Shown in pieces: positions 24,544-34,623 of a stretch of 64,000 bases of DNA; the stretch's first letter is position 1; the number at the start of each line of letters is the position of its first letter. Under the pieces are notes generated by a model. The model worked only from the letters and a program-made list of their open reading frames with translations, was not told where the DNA came from and ran no database searches. Both the position numbers and the translations under genes were made by a program. The stretch is taken from sequence record NC_061418.1; one strand, 5' to 3'.

Positions 24544-26085
24544 TTAAGGTTTAGCAATGGTAGAACGCGTCTTAATGAAGATAATGAACTCAGCCAATAA
24601 CTGTTTAAAGTTAGGCGGTACCATTAATCCGCGATGATTATCTTCAATCATCGTACTTTCGTTTGCGATCTCAGCAACGACGTCGCGTTGCCAATAGTTG
24701 TTCGCAAATTCATTATAGAAGGCGTTAACGGCGATTTCGCCGGGAGTTTTTAGCATGGCTTTAGAGCGGGCAGACCCTAAAGTTGAATAGCGTCGATATG
24801 GATAAATTTCATTGAAGACATTCAGTTGCTCCTCTTTGATTTGTCCTGCATTGAAGATATTTTGGATTCTTTCTTTCTGCGTAGCACCAATCAAGTCCGC
24901 CAGCGCCGCGAACCCGTTTTGATAAAGATAGACCTGCGCAATAGAGATCAGATCAATCGCTCCGCTGCGCTCCGTATGCGGAATAGAACGCGTAACAACC
25001 TGTTGATGTAACGTCACCGCCACCAACTTCAGTTGCGCTTCGTTCGGGTTGAAAAACTTCCTGGACTTATTACGCGCAATCACCGAGAAAAGTAACGCTT
25101 GGTCGTAGTCATCACCGAGAATACGACTGGCTTTCGCCCGCAGTTCTTTCGCCCAATAGTCAAATGCGATACGTTCGCCGTCAGAAATACTTTCCCTGAC
25201 TTTATAACTTTCCGCCGTAGACAGGTTATCTTCTTCCCCGCCTGAGTCTTTGACCATGGTCTTTGGCCTGACGTCATCTTTGCCGCTCCGTCCGCCGTCA
25301 CTTGGAAGCTGCGTTTTGATCGCGCTCCACATCTTACTGATCAGGTTAACGGTTTCGACTTGATCATCGTCATCATCATGACTCAACTGAATCACTGACA
25401 GCCGACTCACCACGAGATACGCCAACATCCATTCGGGAATATCCGCTGAACCGATCCCAAAGATGATATTCTTCATCCCCGGTGTCGTCCCCGAAACCAC
25501 CGCATCTACGAATTCACGGAAACGTTCCATCGCCTGTGATTCATAGATTTCAGTTCGACGTAAAAGCTGTTGCGCGTAGATCTCTTTGTTGGATTCTGCC
25601 ATTGCGGATTCCAACGCCAAGAACTCACTCCAGATCGGCACCATTGCTTTCAGAGCAATCGACATCACGGTCAGTTGACGATAATCCGGTTCCAGATATG
25701 TTTGCTCTGGACGATCATCTTCCAGCAAAGACGTTTTCAAATCTGGGGGTAAACGGATATCGCTGTAGTGACGCATCCAGTGATCGATCAAGGCTAACGG
25801 CAAGAACTGATAAAGTTCAATGATGTCCTCGTTGACCATTTTACTCGTGGTATTGAATTCGTACGCATTGTCCAGTTTATCACGAATGTTACGATAAACT
25901 AAGAAGACCTTTTCCTGAATGTCTTCTTCGAGATAAGAGAAGAATCGATTAATGTCACGAAACGTTGTTTCGTTCCAGGTTAATTTCTTCATCTCCCAAA
26001 AGAGCGTGTCGTATTCCCCGTGACTCATGCAGAGTACACGTGTTTTTGCTCGACCACCTAAACTTTCATCAAAATAAAATTGCAT
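24544..26085 (-). CDS. nvRNAP promoter-specificity (sigma-like) subunit, phiKZ gp68-like
   Basis: 513 aa; FRDINRFF..L....Q..VF..Y and YL..DY.QL...S..LKAMVPIWSEF segments; synteny. Confidence 0.7.
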   Translation of the reverse strand: MQFYFDESLGGRAKTRVLCMSHGEYDTLFWEMKKLTWNETTFRDINRFFSYLEEDIQEKVFLVYRNIRDKLDNAYEFNTTSKMVNEDIIELYQFLPLALIDHWMRHYSDIRLPPDLKTSLLEDDRPEQTYLEPDYRQLTVMSIALKAMVPIWSEFLALESAMAESNKEIYAQQLLRRTEIYESQAMERFREFVDAVVSGTTPGMKNIIFGIGSADIPEWMLAYLVVSRLSVIQLSHDDDDDQVETVNLISKMWSAIKTQLPSDGGRSGKDDVRPKTMVKDSGGEEDNLSTAESYKVRESISDGERIAFDYWAKELRAKASRILGDDYDQALLFSVIARNKSRKFFNPNEAQLKLVAVTLHQQVVTRSIPHTERSGAIDLISIAQVYLYQNGFAALADLIGATQKERIQNIFNAGQIKEEQLNVFNEIYPYRRYSTLGSARSKAMLKTPGEIAVNAFYNEFANNYWQRDVVAEIANESTMIEDNHRGLMVPPNFKQLLAEFIIFIKTRSTIAKP

Positions 26086-26117
26086 GGTTTTTCCTCGGGT
26101 TTACGGCTATCAATAGA

Positions 26118-26125
26118 GTAATATA
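26118..26125 (-). promoter_or_regulatory. Putative early promoter motif TATATTAC
   Basis: Context ATATATTACTCTATTGA, 33 nt upstream of the gp68-like start. Confidence 0.6.
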
Positions 26126-26179
26126 TGCACGAAAACAAATGGAACCGAGCGAGTCTCACGACTCGCTCGGGTATTCCTG

Positions 26180-26998
26180 TTACCAAGGAACGTCGTTATC
26201 AAAAGTGCCTTGCGGCGCCGCAGGTGCAGCAGGTTGAGAAGACGCTTGGTTGCCGCCACCCCAACTATTACCGCCGTTACCGCCACCGGAATTGTTGTTC
26301 CAGTTCCCGCCGCCGTTACCGCCTTGACGTTTAGCGAAGTTCTGCTGGTTCTGCTGACGGTTACGGTCTTTCGCTTCTTGAACTTCTTGGTCAGACATAT
26401 AACCCGCTTTCAGAATGCTGTTAACGTGATCCCACCAGATGTCTGCACGAGCACGGGCCGCCAGAGAAGAAACATAACCGTTAGTCAGGACTTCACCGGA
26501 AGAAAGACGCAGCTGTGTCATCTTCGGCGGAGTGAAGTAGAACTTCACGTTATCGCGCCCTTTCATCATCAGACCAATGAAAACGCCTTCCTGGTCTTTA
26601 CCTACAACAACCATGACTTCGGTTTCAGGGCGATCGAGCTTTTTGCCGAACATGAAAGTTGTCATACTTTCAAGTTTAACGATCGAAAGCGGCTGTCCGT
26701 TCTCATCCTGTGCGCGACCCGAAGCAATGTCTTCGATCGCTATTGTGATCATTCTGAACTGCGTCAACGAAGGGTAGAAATCGATTTTCCCGTCACGACC
26801 TTGTTTACGCAGGTTCACACCCATTTTGATATCACGGACTTTAACGTGATTACCATCAACTTTGTGATAACGGAAATCGACGAACAGAAACGGTTCTTTA
26901 CCGTCACTGCTTTGTGTTGCAGGTGCGCTCAAACGGCAGTCCCAAGCATCCATCGCGCGAAGAGGACGTCCGAGATCAAATGTACTGTTGTTAGCCAT
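26180..26998 (-). CDS. chmC: Putative ChmC-like nucleic-acid-binding protein (phiKZ gp67 position)
   Basis: Directly upstream of the gp68-like gene; beta-rich folded N-terminus followed by a G/N/Q-rich disordered tail ending FDNDVPW. Confidence 0.65.
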   Translation of the reverse strand: MANNSTFDLGRPLRAMDAWDCRLSAPATQSSDGKEPFLFVDFRYHKVDGNHVKVRDIKMGVNLRKQGRDGKIDFYPSLTQFRMITIAIEDIASGRAQDENGQPLSIVKLESMTTFMFGKKLDRPETEVMVVVGKDQEGVFIGLMMKGRDNVKFYFTPPKMTQLRLSSGEVLTNGYVSSLAARARADIWWDHVNSILKAGYMSDQEVQEAKDRNRQQNQQNFAKRQGGNGGGNWNNNSGGGNGGNSWGGGNQASSQPAAPAAPQGTFDNDVPW

Positions 26999-27068
26999 AA
27001 CTAGCCTTAATTTCACGGTTAAGAAAAGGGTATCGTATTAACTCACCCTCGCGTAAAAACTGAGACTC

Positions 27069-27914
27069 TTAGAAAAGTCTTTTTAGCATCTCAGCAGTGT
27101 AGCGGTCGTTCATCCAGTTCAGGTTGAGCCTTATTTTGTCCATCGTTGTCATCGTTGTCCATTTGAAACGTTCTGACAATTCAAGAACAGCCTCCCTCAC
27201 CGGTTTGGGGTAACGCATAAAAAGAATATTTCGGTCACCGAAGACCTGAATCGTGAACGCGTTAAATGGAATCCTCGGGTAGAGCTTTCCATCCGTCAAT
27301 TTGGTGTTCCACTGACTCTTCGATTTGATCGCACCTGAATACGATTCAATCAAACGTAATTGCGTAAACTCAGTACGGGAAAGTAAGTCAATGGAGTAAT
27401 GAGTCATAATCAGAGCTTTGATCGGTTCCCCTTTTAACTGAGAGCCTTTATCAAAGTCGACATAGCGTCCGATGGGTCGACGTAAAACCTCATCGATAAC
27501 ATTGTCCATTAAATGACGAAACGTTTTCTGAAGCGGAGTCTTCGGGTTAAACAAAATCGCGTGACGATAATCCCGTAGCAAGTTGGCGTATTCACGGTGA
27601 TATAAGGTAACTTTGTCAAGTTTCCCTTGCCCGTACTGAAGAATTTGATGGAGCTCTTCTTCGAGGGTATCAGCAAATGCTGCAACCACCGCCTGATTAG
27701 TACGCTGGCTTTTATCCTGCATCAGAGACCCTACAAGCGCTTTTCTGTCTTCGCCGTCTAACGCATCGTAGATGTTACGATAAAGCGTCCGTGTGTTGAT
27801 CCAGAGCCCTCCGTAACGTTTGTTTGGTTCAAGGGTCTCCATAGCCAAACTGGTACCAATGCTGAGCGGTAGTTCCCCTACCGCTCTTCTCGCAAGGATG
27901 TCGTAGATATTCAT
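27069..27914 (-). CDS. Conserved hypothetical protein (phiKZ gp66 position)
   Basis: 281 aa; PLSIGTSLA.E, LWINTRTLYRN and LIESYSG segments; synteny. Confidence 0.65.
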   Translation of the reverse strand: MNIYDILARRAVGELPLSIGTSLAMETLEPNKRYGGLWINTRTLYRNIYDALDGEDRKALVGSLMQDKSQRTNQAVVAAFADTLEEELHQILQYGQGKLDKVTLYHREYANLLRDYRHAILFNPKTPLQKTFRHLMDNVIDEVLRRPIGRYVDFDKGSQLKGEPIKALIMTHYSIDLLSRTEFTQLRLIESYSGAIKSKSQWNTKLTDGKLYPRIPFNAFTIQVFGDRNILFMRYPKPVREAVLELSERFKWTTMTTMDKIRLNLNWMNDRYTAEMLKRLF

Positions 27915-28147
27915 TCTGCTCCTTGGTCGACGTTCTTACTTTTGGTCACCGAGCTTAAAATCGCATAGATGACCCGGGCCAAAATCAATGCGAACAACGC
28001 TAATGTCGCATGAGCGGGAACGTTGTAGTCATTAGGGTGAAAGAGACTGGCGAAAGAGGACATAAACCAAAATAAAAACCAAAATCCTGATGCCGCAATA
28101 ATCTCCAGAATAATGTTCGTCGCCGGCTTATCCATCTTATTCCTCAA
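27911..28147 (-). CDS. Small two-helix membrane protein
   Basis: Two hydrophobic stretches, IILEIIAASGFWFLFWFMSSFASLF and ATLALFALILARVIYAILSSV; overlaps both neighbours. Confidence 0.6.
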   Translation of the reverse strand: MRNKMDKPATNIILEIIAASGFWFLFWFMSSFASLFHPNDYNVPAHATLALFALILARVIYAILSSVTKSKNVDQGAE

Positions 28148-29258
28148 TTAATTCATTCAATAACGAAAGAGTCTTTTCAATTTTACTTGCCGGGATTTGT
28201 TCGTTCTCCCAGCGCTGTTTGAACAGAGGTTGAATACTTGACGGCGTGATAGGAGTAAACTCAAAACGTTTCTGAGTGAACGTGCTCCCCGCCACCGTTT
28301 GGGTTTTCTTTCCTCTTCTGATCTCACTGAGTTCATAATCAGGGAAAGTAGATTTAAGAATTTCCATCCACGCCGTCACCGGGTCATCGGACATAAACTC
28401 TAACCTTATCGCCGAGCCTTTCGGGAGATCACTCTGCCTGTCGATGAGATCGATAATTTCCGGGAAATCTAAACCGATAGTAGAAAGCGTACGGTATATT
28501 TTCGCCTGCTGATTAATCCGGCGTTTAAAGTCGACCTCTTTCCCGTTTAAGAACGTCAGTTCGATCACACCTTTAGGTTCTTCTTCCCCATGACCAAGTC
28601 GCTCCAATGAACCCACAGAGACCCATTTCAGATACCGACTGTGGTTATGGATATGCCCAGAGAGAATGACCAGGGAGACAAGATCACTCCATTTCACCGC
28701 ATCGTGTAACGCAGGGGAATGAATCCCAGGCAACTGATAAGTACAACCCCCATGAACAATAGCGATATCGACTTTTTCCAGCCCGCGAGAATGAATCAAA
28801 TCCTTAACCTGCTGGAGCGTTAGTTCCGCGTTATGAGTCCATTCATCGGGAAGGTAAAGTACGTTGATATCCCACGCCTCAAAATATTCGATACTCAACG
28901 TATCAACGTATTTCAGTTGCGCGTCAATCCCCTCGCCGTCGTTGATAAAATCGAAAATCTGATTCTGTCGACGGTCATGAGAGTTGGTCCCTTCTAATAC
29001 ACGGAGTAAAATGTTCCATTTTTTACAATAGCGCAAGAGGTGACGAACACCTTCAATTGCGTAGTAGATATCGGGTTCATTGAAACTGACCAAATGATCG
29101 AAGTAATCCCCTGACACCGTGAGGATGTCTAAATCGGGCTTTTCTTCCATCGGGTAAAGTCGCCTTAACCCCGCAAGCATTCGAGGGGATTTGGTTCGCT
29201 TATGGAAGAAGTGAATATCGCTGACAGCACCTATTGTGAGTTTTTTGTCAGAAATCAT
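28137..29258 (-). CDS. SbcD/Mre11-like metallophosphoesterase nuclease
   Basis: SDIH, SGDYFD, EGTNSHD, VHG and SGHIH motifs. Confidence 0.9.
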   Translation of the reverse strand: MISDKKLTIGAVSDIHFFHKRTKSPRMLAGLRRLYPMEEKPDLDILTVSGDYFDHLVSFNEPDIYYAIEGVRHLLRYCKKWNILLRVLEGTNSHDRRQNQIFDFINDGEGIDAQLKYVDTLSIEYFEAWDINVLYLPDEWTHNAELTLQQVKDLIHSRGLEKVDIAIVHGGCTYQLPGIHSPALHDAVKWSDLVSLVILSGHIHNHSRYLKWVSVGSLERLGHGEEEPKGVIELTFLNGKEVDFKRRINQQAKIYRTLSTIGLDFPEIIDLIDRQSDLPKGSAIRLEFMSDDPVTAWMEILKSTFPDYELSEIRRGKKTQTVAGSTFTQKRFEFTPITPSSIQPLFKQRWENEQIPASKIEKTLSLLNELIEE

Positions 29259-29805
29259 AATCGTCCGGTTGACTCAGTGAAGAGGGAGTTACAGGAGCAG
29301 CGTTCCCTTTACCTGTCGTTATTGTCGTTTGGCCAGGATAAGGGTAACCACAGTGCATCCTGATTTCGTGGAGGTGACGTTGCCACATTTCTTTATCGGC
29401 TGTTTCAAGCGCGAGTGAGGAGTAGATTTTCTCGCTCATGGCTTCGCCCTGTTTACGCATCCGATTCATAACCGTTTTTATCTCCATCCCGATGGAAAAT
29501 AACGAATTATGTTCGCCGGTGTAACGAGGTTGGAAATCGCCGAGAATAGGCGGGAAAACCCATTTAATCGTTCTATCCTCATCGAAGAGGAAAACCGGTT
29601 TATTCCGCCCAAACGCAATCAGGCGTTCCCACTCCTCTAACGCTTGTGTTTGGACAGCGGGTTCGGTATTAAAGAAACGTGGCGCCCAATTGGCTGCAAA
29701 ATCCCGCATACTGAGCTTACTGATCATCTCTGCGGAATATTGCATAACGTCGCTCAGATCCCGTTCCAGGTCTTCTCGTGTTAGCTTAGGCGTTGCATCA
29801 GTCAT
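29248..29805 (-). CDS. Conserved hypothetical protein
   Basis: 185-aa ORF in the core block, coupled to its neighbours. Confidence 0.7.
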   Translation of the reverse strand: MTDATPKLTREDLERDLSDVMQYSAEMISKLSMRDFAANWAPRFFNTEPAVQTQALEEWERLIAFGRNKPVFLFDEDRTIKWVFPPILGDFQPRYTGEHNSLFSIGMEIKTVMNRMRKQGEAMSEKIYSSLALETADKEMWQRHLHEIRMHCGYPYPGQTTITTGKGNAAPVTPSSLSQPDDYDF

Positions 29806-30196
29806 TGTTTAAAACCCCCAAAACATTTTTAATTACACCGTTGTAATACTCAATAATTCGTGAGAAGTCGTAACTCTTCCCTTCTCGCGTAAAACGCACT
29901 TTGAAGATTACACCGAAGGTATCTTTTGTCTCGTCGATTTCAGGCGTAACCAGGACTTTTACGTCGGAAAAATGCGTACTGAATAAAGTAGTGTATTGTT
30001 CCGTCATTTCCGTACAAAGGCTATTCGGGTCATCCGAGTACCTTTGTATCATCATGTCAAGGGAAATGATTTGACCGTGATACAGTTCAGACTGACTGTC
30101 CTTTGCCCAAATAGAGGAAGCGAATAATTCATCGGCAATCACAAAAGGATTTTTCGTATAACCGTGACCGTTTAAACTGGGGTGTACAGTGGCCAT
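29798..30196 (-). CDS. Conserved hypothetical protein
   Basis: 132-aa ORF, RBS AGGAG. Confidence 0.7.
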   Translation of the reverse strand: MATVHPSLNGHGYTKNPFVIADELFASSIWAKDSQSELYHGQIISLDMMIQRYSDDPNSLCTEMTEQYTTLFSTHFSDVKVLVTPEIDETKDTFGVIFKVRFTREGKSYDFSRIIEYYNGVIKNVLGVLNND

Positions 30197-30282
30197 TTTT
30201 TACTCCTAGTTATTAAGTTTGGTCTACAGAAATACAGAACAGAAACAAAAAAGAAAGGGGCGAACCCCTTTCTTTTATTATT

Positions 30283-30903
30283 TTACAGTTTCTCACCTAA
30301 CGGACTGAAGGGGTCAATGCCTTCATCAATCGCGTTATTGATCACGTCAAAGGTCGCGCAAAGTTCCATCTGCTGTTCCAACGTCAGATGTTCTTCACCT
30401 TCAACATCACAAGCGCCATAGGTGTATTCCACCCACCACTCCCCTTTACTGTTTTTCTCTGCAACTCCATTGCGAATCGCTTTCCAGTAAGGGTCGTTTT
30501 CCGGCGTAGTCTCAAACACAAAGGCGTCGCGTTTAGAACCCCAGCCGTGCGTACTCTGGCGATCCCAAAGTGAACGGGTTCTCGGACTACTGAGTAACCA
30601 ACGTCGCATCTTCAGCGGTGCACTGGCCACTTCCTCAGGACTGTCCAAGAACTGAATAATGTTATCACGATAGAGACCGCGTTTACTGCTGTTCAAACGC
30701 TTGAGCTGACTTCTGACTGTGTCATCATAAAGCGATGAAATCATTGTCTTCGCCGAGTTCAGCATTCCTTTCGCCCGGTCAGACAGATTGGAACTAAAAC
30801 GCTCCAGTCTATCGTAAGAGCGCTGAATGTCCTCACGATCGGGAAGACCGAAGGCCGCTGCCCTAAAAACAGACTCACCGCCATCGATAATTGCAATTTT
30901 CAA
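30283..30903 (-). CDS. Conserved nucleus-block protein (phiKZ gp59 position, possible import cofactor)
   Basis: TTG start overlapping the stop of the beta-prime gene; C-terminal GIDPFSP. Assignment by synteny only. Confidence 0.55.
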   Translation of the reverse strand: MKIAIIDGGESVFRAAAFGLPDREDIQRSYDRLERFSSNLSDRAKGMLNSAKTMISSLYDDTVRSQLKRLNSSKRGLYRDNIIQFLDSPEEVASAPLKMRRWLLSSPRTRSLWDRQSTHGWGSKRDAFVFETTPENDPYWKAIRNGVAEKNSKGEWWVEYTYGACDVEGEEHLTLEQQMELCATFDVINNAIDEGIDPFSPLGEKL

Positions 30904-32354
30904 AAGTGTCTCCCGTATAAGAAATTGTTGATTGTGGAACGCACAGGTTTCCCAATCTCCATGTTGCTATTCAAACTCAGAGGTTTATTGAGATCGAAAG
31001 TCCCCGTGTGCGGAGAAAGCTTCCGTATAGCAATAAAGTCCTCACGTGAAAGAATAGGCATTCCCGCGAGCTGGTCCCCATCGAAATCGCAGTTAGGGGC
31101 TCGGAGCACGAGTAAGCTTAGGCCGATGGTATTGTCGTGAGGGTCTGTCTTGAAGCGTGTAACGAACAGAGACTGTACTGAACGCAGGTTTAAGGTCGGG
31201 TTACGACCCAAGATCTGCGGTAAGCCACGTTTACCCTGAAGCGTTTCGTAAGGAGAACGATCAATCAGACGATTGAGAAGATCGTGCATGTACGGGTCGT
31301 ATTGCCCTACACAATCCAAAATGAACCGCTCACTCTGCGCCAAGGTTAATCCGTCACGCATTAACATCCCAAGAAGATGCGTATGATACAAGGTTATACC
31401 CATACCCCAAGGCATGTGCATTTCTTCGTAGTCATGTGCACCGGACAACGAACTCACCACGCCACGATAAGTCGGTCCTGTACGAGAACCGAAGATCTGT
31501 TTACGATACCAACCAGGTTTCGAACCCAAAACATTCTTATCGACAAACTCACGATACGCAATCAGCATTGTTAATGCTTTAAACGTATTATGCTCACGGG
31601 TGTTTTGATAACGGGGTTCCTCTTTCCCAACGAGTCCGTAAATGGCCCTTGCTGCGTCAACCACATTGACATAGCCCTCCGCGCAAAAGCGCGTTTTGTT
31701 TGAGAGTTCTGTAATGATACTACGCCGACTGGGTAACGGGATATATTGCGAAAAGAGGAGATGACGATTGTTGCGCATGAAGTCATAAACTTCGGTTCGC
31801 TTCTGGTCGGGTTTGAAGACAGGGGCCGTCATCAGTAATTCCAGAATTTCGTCGAAGTGATCAATGAAGTGGTTATACCCTCTTGGTATCCCTAACTTCT
31901 TGAATCGTTCATAGACTATGCTGTTGCGATTCTTAGGCTCATACCGCGTATTACAGAGCCATTCTATCGCACTAAAATCGTCTTGCTTAAAAGCCCGCAT
32001 TAACATATCGAGCGCATTAACGCGTATAAAGGCTCTAACGCCATGAGGGACTTTCATCCAAACACTGGACTCAAAACCTCGGTCAATCGGTGACATCACT
32101 TCAGTGTCACAATACGGACACACGGTATTGGCGGTGCCAGGTTTGGTTGAGGTATTATAACGACCAGTGGTCATCCCACATTCACACGAGGGTAACGTAT
32201 CGATCACGTCGCCTTCATACTCTGTCATGGTTAATTCACGGACAGGGTCAATGAGTTCATATTCGTCGGAACGAATTTCATTGAGAATAATAGGAGGACG
32301 TTTGAGCCGTTGTATGTCTTTGTCGTAGTCAGGTAACGCGTAATAAATGCCCAT
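30900..32354 (-). CDS. Non-virion RNA polymerase beta-prime N-terminal subunit (phiKZ gp55-like)
   Basis: CECG...CPYC zinc finger, GRNPTL, catalytic NCDFDGDQ; directly follows chimallin. Confidence 0.92.
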   Translation of the reverse strand: MGIYYALPDYDKDIQRLKRPPIILNEIRSDEYELIDPVRELTMTEYEGDVIDTLPSCECGMTTGRYNTSTKPGTANTVCPYCDTEVMSPIDRGFESSVWMKVPHGVRAFIRVNALDMLMRAFKQDDFSAIEWLCNTRYEPKNRNSIVYERFKKLGIPRGYNHFIDHFDEILELLMTAPVFKPDQKRTEVYDFMRNNRHLLFSQYIPLPSRRSIITELSNKTRFCAEGYVNVVDAARAIYGLVGKEEPRYQNTREHNTFKALTMLIAYREFVDKNVLGSKPGWYRKQIFGSRTGPTYRGVVSSLSGAHDYEEMHMPWGMGITLYHTHLLGMLMRDGLTLAQSERFILDCVGQYDPYMHDLLNRLIDRSPYETLQGKRGLPQILGRNPTLNLRSVQSLFVTRFKTDPHDNTIGLSLLVLRAPNCDFDGDQLAGMPILSREDFIAIRKLSPHTGTFDLNKPLSLNSNMEIGKPVRSTINNFLYGRHF

Positions 32355-32437
32355 GATTCCCCTCTAAGCATTAAAAGTCAAGACAAAAAAAGAAAGGACC
32401 GAAGTCCTTTCTTTTTAGAGTATTACCAAACTACGAA

Positions 32438-34339
32438 TTAACGACCGCCGAAACCGTAAGAAGAACGGGCACGAGAACGGAAACCTGCACCGTCATAGCC
32501 GTTGGATTCGTAACGAGAGGTATAACCACGACGGCTGGTACGGCCATCCTGAGTAATACCATCAGCGGTAACCACCATGCCTGCTGCAGACAGTGCGCGG
32601 GTCAGGCCGAACAGCCAGTTGGCGTTCACTTCGATGACGTCTGCACGGTCGGTGATCTGATACTGACCGCCGGTGTAGTCTTCGATGATTTTTTCCATCT
32701 GGTCCATACGGACTTGCAGATCGATCGAATCGTCGTTCAGGCAACGATCGTAATCGGCAACCACCTGCGGAGATTTCAGACCGAAGTTGGTCAGAATTTC
32801 GTAGTAACCGATTTCACGCAGGTCACGTTTATGACCCTGTTCGTCGATCCAGGTGCCCAGCAGTTGCGGCATGTCGCGGATGATACCCACGTCGTACAGA
32901 TCTGAGGTGTTCATGATGGTAGAGAAACGATCGCCGGAGATGTTGTCGGCGGCTTCGATCAGCACGTCAACAGCTTCTTTACGGTTCGGGTTCGTTTCGT
33001 CGCACGCATCAACCAGCAGCTGCAGCAGCGGGGTGTTGATGGAAGAACGCGGGATCTGGATCTGAACGATCTGGCTGTTCTCACGAACAACGTTAGCCAC
33101 CAGGCCAGCCCATTCGTCGTCGTTCAGAACTTCCGGGAGTTTTTCAAACTCGCCTTTCAGTTCATAGGTCAGAGCTTCAGCGGTACGCAGCGCGCCTTTG
33201 GTGTTCAGCGGACGCAGACCCTGAATCAGAGCCGGTTCAGTCATCAGTGCAGATACCTGTGCCAGAGAGAACATCAGGTATTCAGGAATCGCCACGCATT
33301 TCAGATCGCTGATCACCAGAGCGATACCGTAGATACGGGTATCGAAGTCTTCCGCTTTCTTTTTGCGCAGTGCAAAGAAACTGTTGGACTGCTCTTCTTC
33401 GCCTTTGTAATACAGGTCGACGTGGGAGATCAGACCGGCCAGCTGAGTGGACTCACGCTCGGACAATACGTTAACAATACCGCCACGACGTTCGTCACGC
33501 GGCGCCACCATCAGATCAACAACGATATCGGCGCGATGCGGCATTTCGGTGATGTCGTCAGCAACGTCACCTTGATGGAACGCGATGTTCGCCAGCAGAT
33601 CGTTATTTTTCAGGTCCAGCGCCGCAATGCTGAACTCGTTAGTGGTCAGGATCGCGTTAACGGAATAGATGATCTGGTTGATCACGGCAGAAGCGATACG
33701 CTCCAGTTCTGCGTCGGTCGGTTTGTCCAGGAAGATCGGGGACGCCGCCAGATGCTGAACCTGGCCGGTGAATGCCGGGTTGGACAGGGCAATCAGATCG
33801 TCCAGGGACTCTTTATAGCCGATCGCTTCGTACTGGTCGTTAGCGGTGGTGGTGAAACGCACGGTGTGGTCACGACCAACCTGCACGGCCTGTTTCGGCA
33901 TCACGGTGTTACCCACGAAGATCACGGTAGACGCGAAGATCATGCCGTTGTCTTTCAGACGGGCAGCGATGACCGCAGCGTCCAGTTTCATTTGGGTATC
34001 TTTGCCTGTTGCCGGCGTTACCGTCCATTCCAGGACACCGTTCAGGCTGATCGCGGCGCTGTGCTGTTTCTGGATTTCTTTGGTCAGTTCGACGAATTTG
34101 GCTACGTCGCCTGCCGCAGAGTTCAGGGACAGTACTGGCGCATCTTTACGGAAGTTATAGGATGAAGTCACTTTTTTCTCCTGACGGGAATCATTTTCGT
34201 TGGAACGGGTGTAAAAGGAACGGCGGCGTGCAGAGGATTCTTCCTGGCGACCTTCGTCGCGAGAAGTTTCCTGCGCACCAGTTTCTACTGCTGCTTCTTC
34301 TGCTTTGTTTTTGTTGTGATCGTCATCACGTAAGGCCAT
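32438..34339 (-). CDS. chmA: Chimallin, phage nuclear shell protein
   Basis: 633 aa with very strong codon bias and disordered charged N-terminus; located between the gp52-like gene and the gp55-like RNAP gene, as in phiKZ and 201phi2-1. Confidence 0.85.
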   Translation of the reverse strand: MALRDDDHNKNKAEEAAVETGAQETSRDEGRQEESSARRRSFYTRSNENDSRQEKKVTSSYNFRKDAPVLSLNSAAGDVAKFVELTKEIQKQHSAAISLNGVLEWTVTPATGKDTQMKLDAAVIAARLKDNGMIFASTVIFVGNTVMPKQAVQVGRDHTVRFTTTANDQYEAIGYKESLDDLIALSNPAFTGQVQHLAASPIFLDKPTDAELERIASAVINQIIYSVNAILTTNEFSIAALDLKNNDLLANIAFHQGDVADDITEMPHRADIVVDLMVAPRDERRGGIVNVLSERESTQLAGLISHVDLYYKGEEEQSNSFFALRKKKAEDFDTRIYGIALVISDLKCVAIPEYLMFSLAQVSALMTEPALIQGLRPLNTKGALRTAEALTYELKGEFEKLPEVLNDDEWAGLVANVVRENSQIVQIQIPRSSINTPLLQLLVDACDETNPNRKEAVDVLIEAADNISGDRFSTIMNTSDLYDVGIIRDMPQLLGTWIDEQGHKRDLREIGYYEILTNFGLKSPQVVADYDRCLNDDSIDLQVRMDQMEKIIEDYTGGQYQITDRADVIEVNANWLFGLTRALSAAGMVVTADGITQDGRTSRRGYTSRYESNGYDGAGFRSRARSSYGFGGR

Positions 34340-34410
34340 CTTTAAATCTCCTAGGAGTTAAAACAATTTTTATCGCGATTCTGAAGGTACTCATTACCTT
34401 CTTCACTATT

Positions 34411-34418
34411 GTGATATA
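34411..34418 (-). promoter_or_regulatory. Putative early promoter motif TATATCAC for chimallin
   Basis: Motif 72 nt upstream of the chmA ATG. Confidence 0.55.
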
Positions 34419-34623
34419 GATGTGAAAAAAGTTTGAAATGGGTCTTTTATAGCGATGAGATATAATAGACCTCACTCAATAGAGAGTCAATCGGGTTTCC
34501 GATTAGAACTTTCTACATATAATAGTCATTATGCCCATTTAGGGCTAGTCCTTCGTTATGAAGGAGTTCTTTCATAATATAGCAGATGCACTTTAAAAAT
34601 GATTAGTCGCTCGGAGAAAACTA

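Noticed and set aside
26210-27004. 264-aa plus-strand ORF
   Set aside because: Antisense shadow of the ChmC-like gene.
16628-32354. Group I introns in nvRNAP genes, as known in phiKZ
   Set aside because: The gp55-like, gp71-73-like and gp74-like ORFs are continuous and of full expected length.
33422-34165. 247-aa plus-strand ORF
   Set aside because: Antisense shadow of chimallin caused by its strong codon bias.
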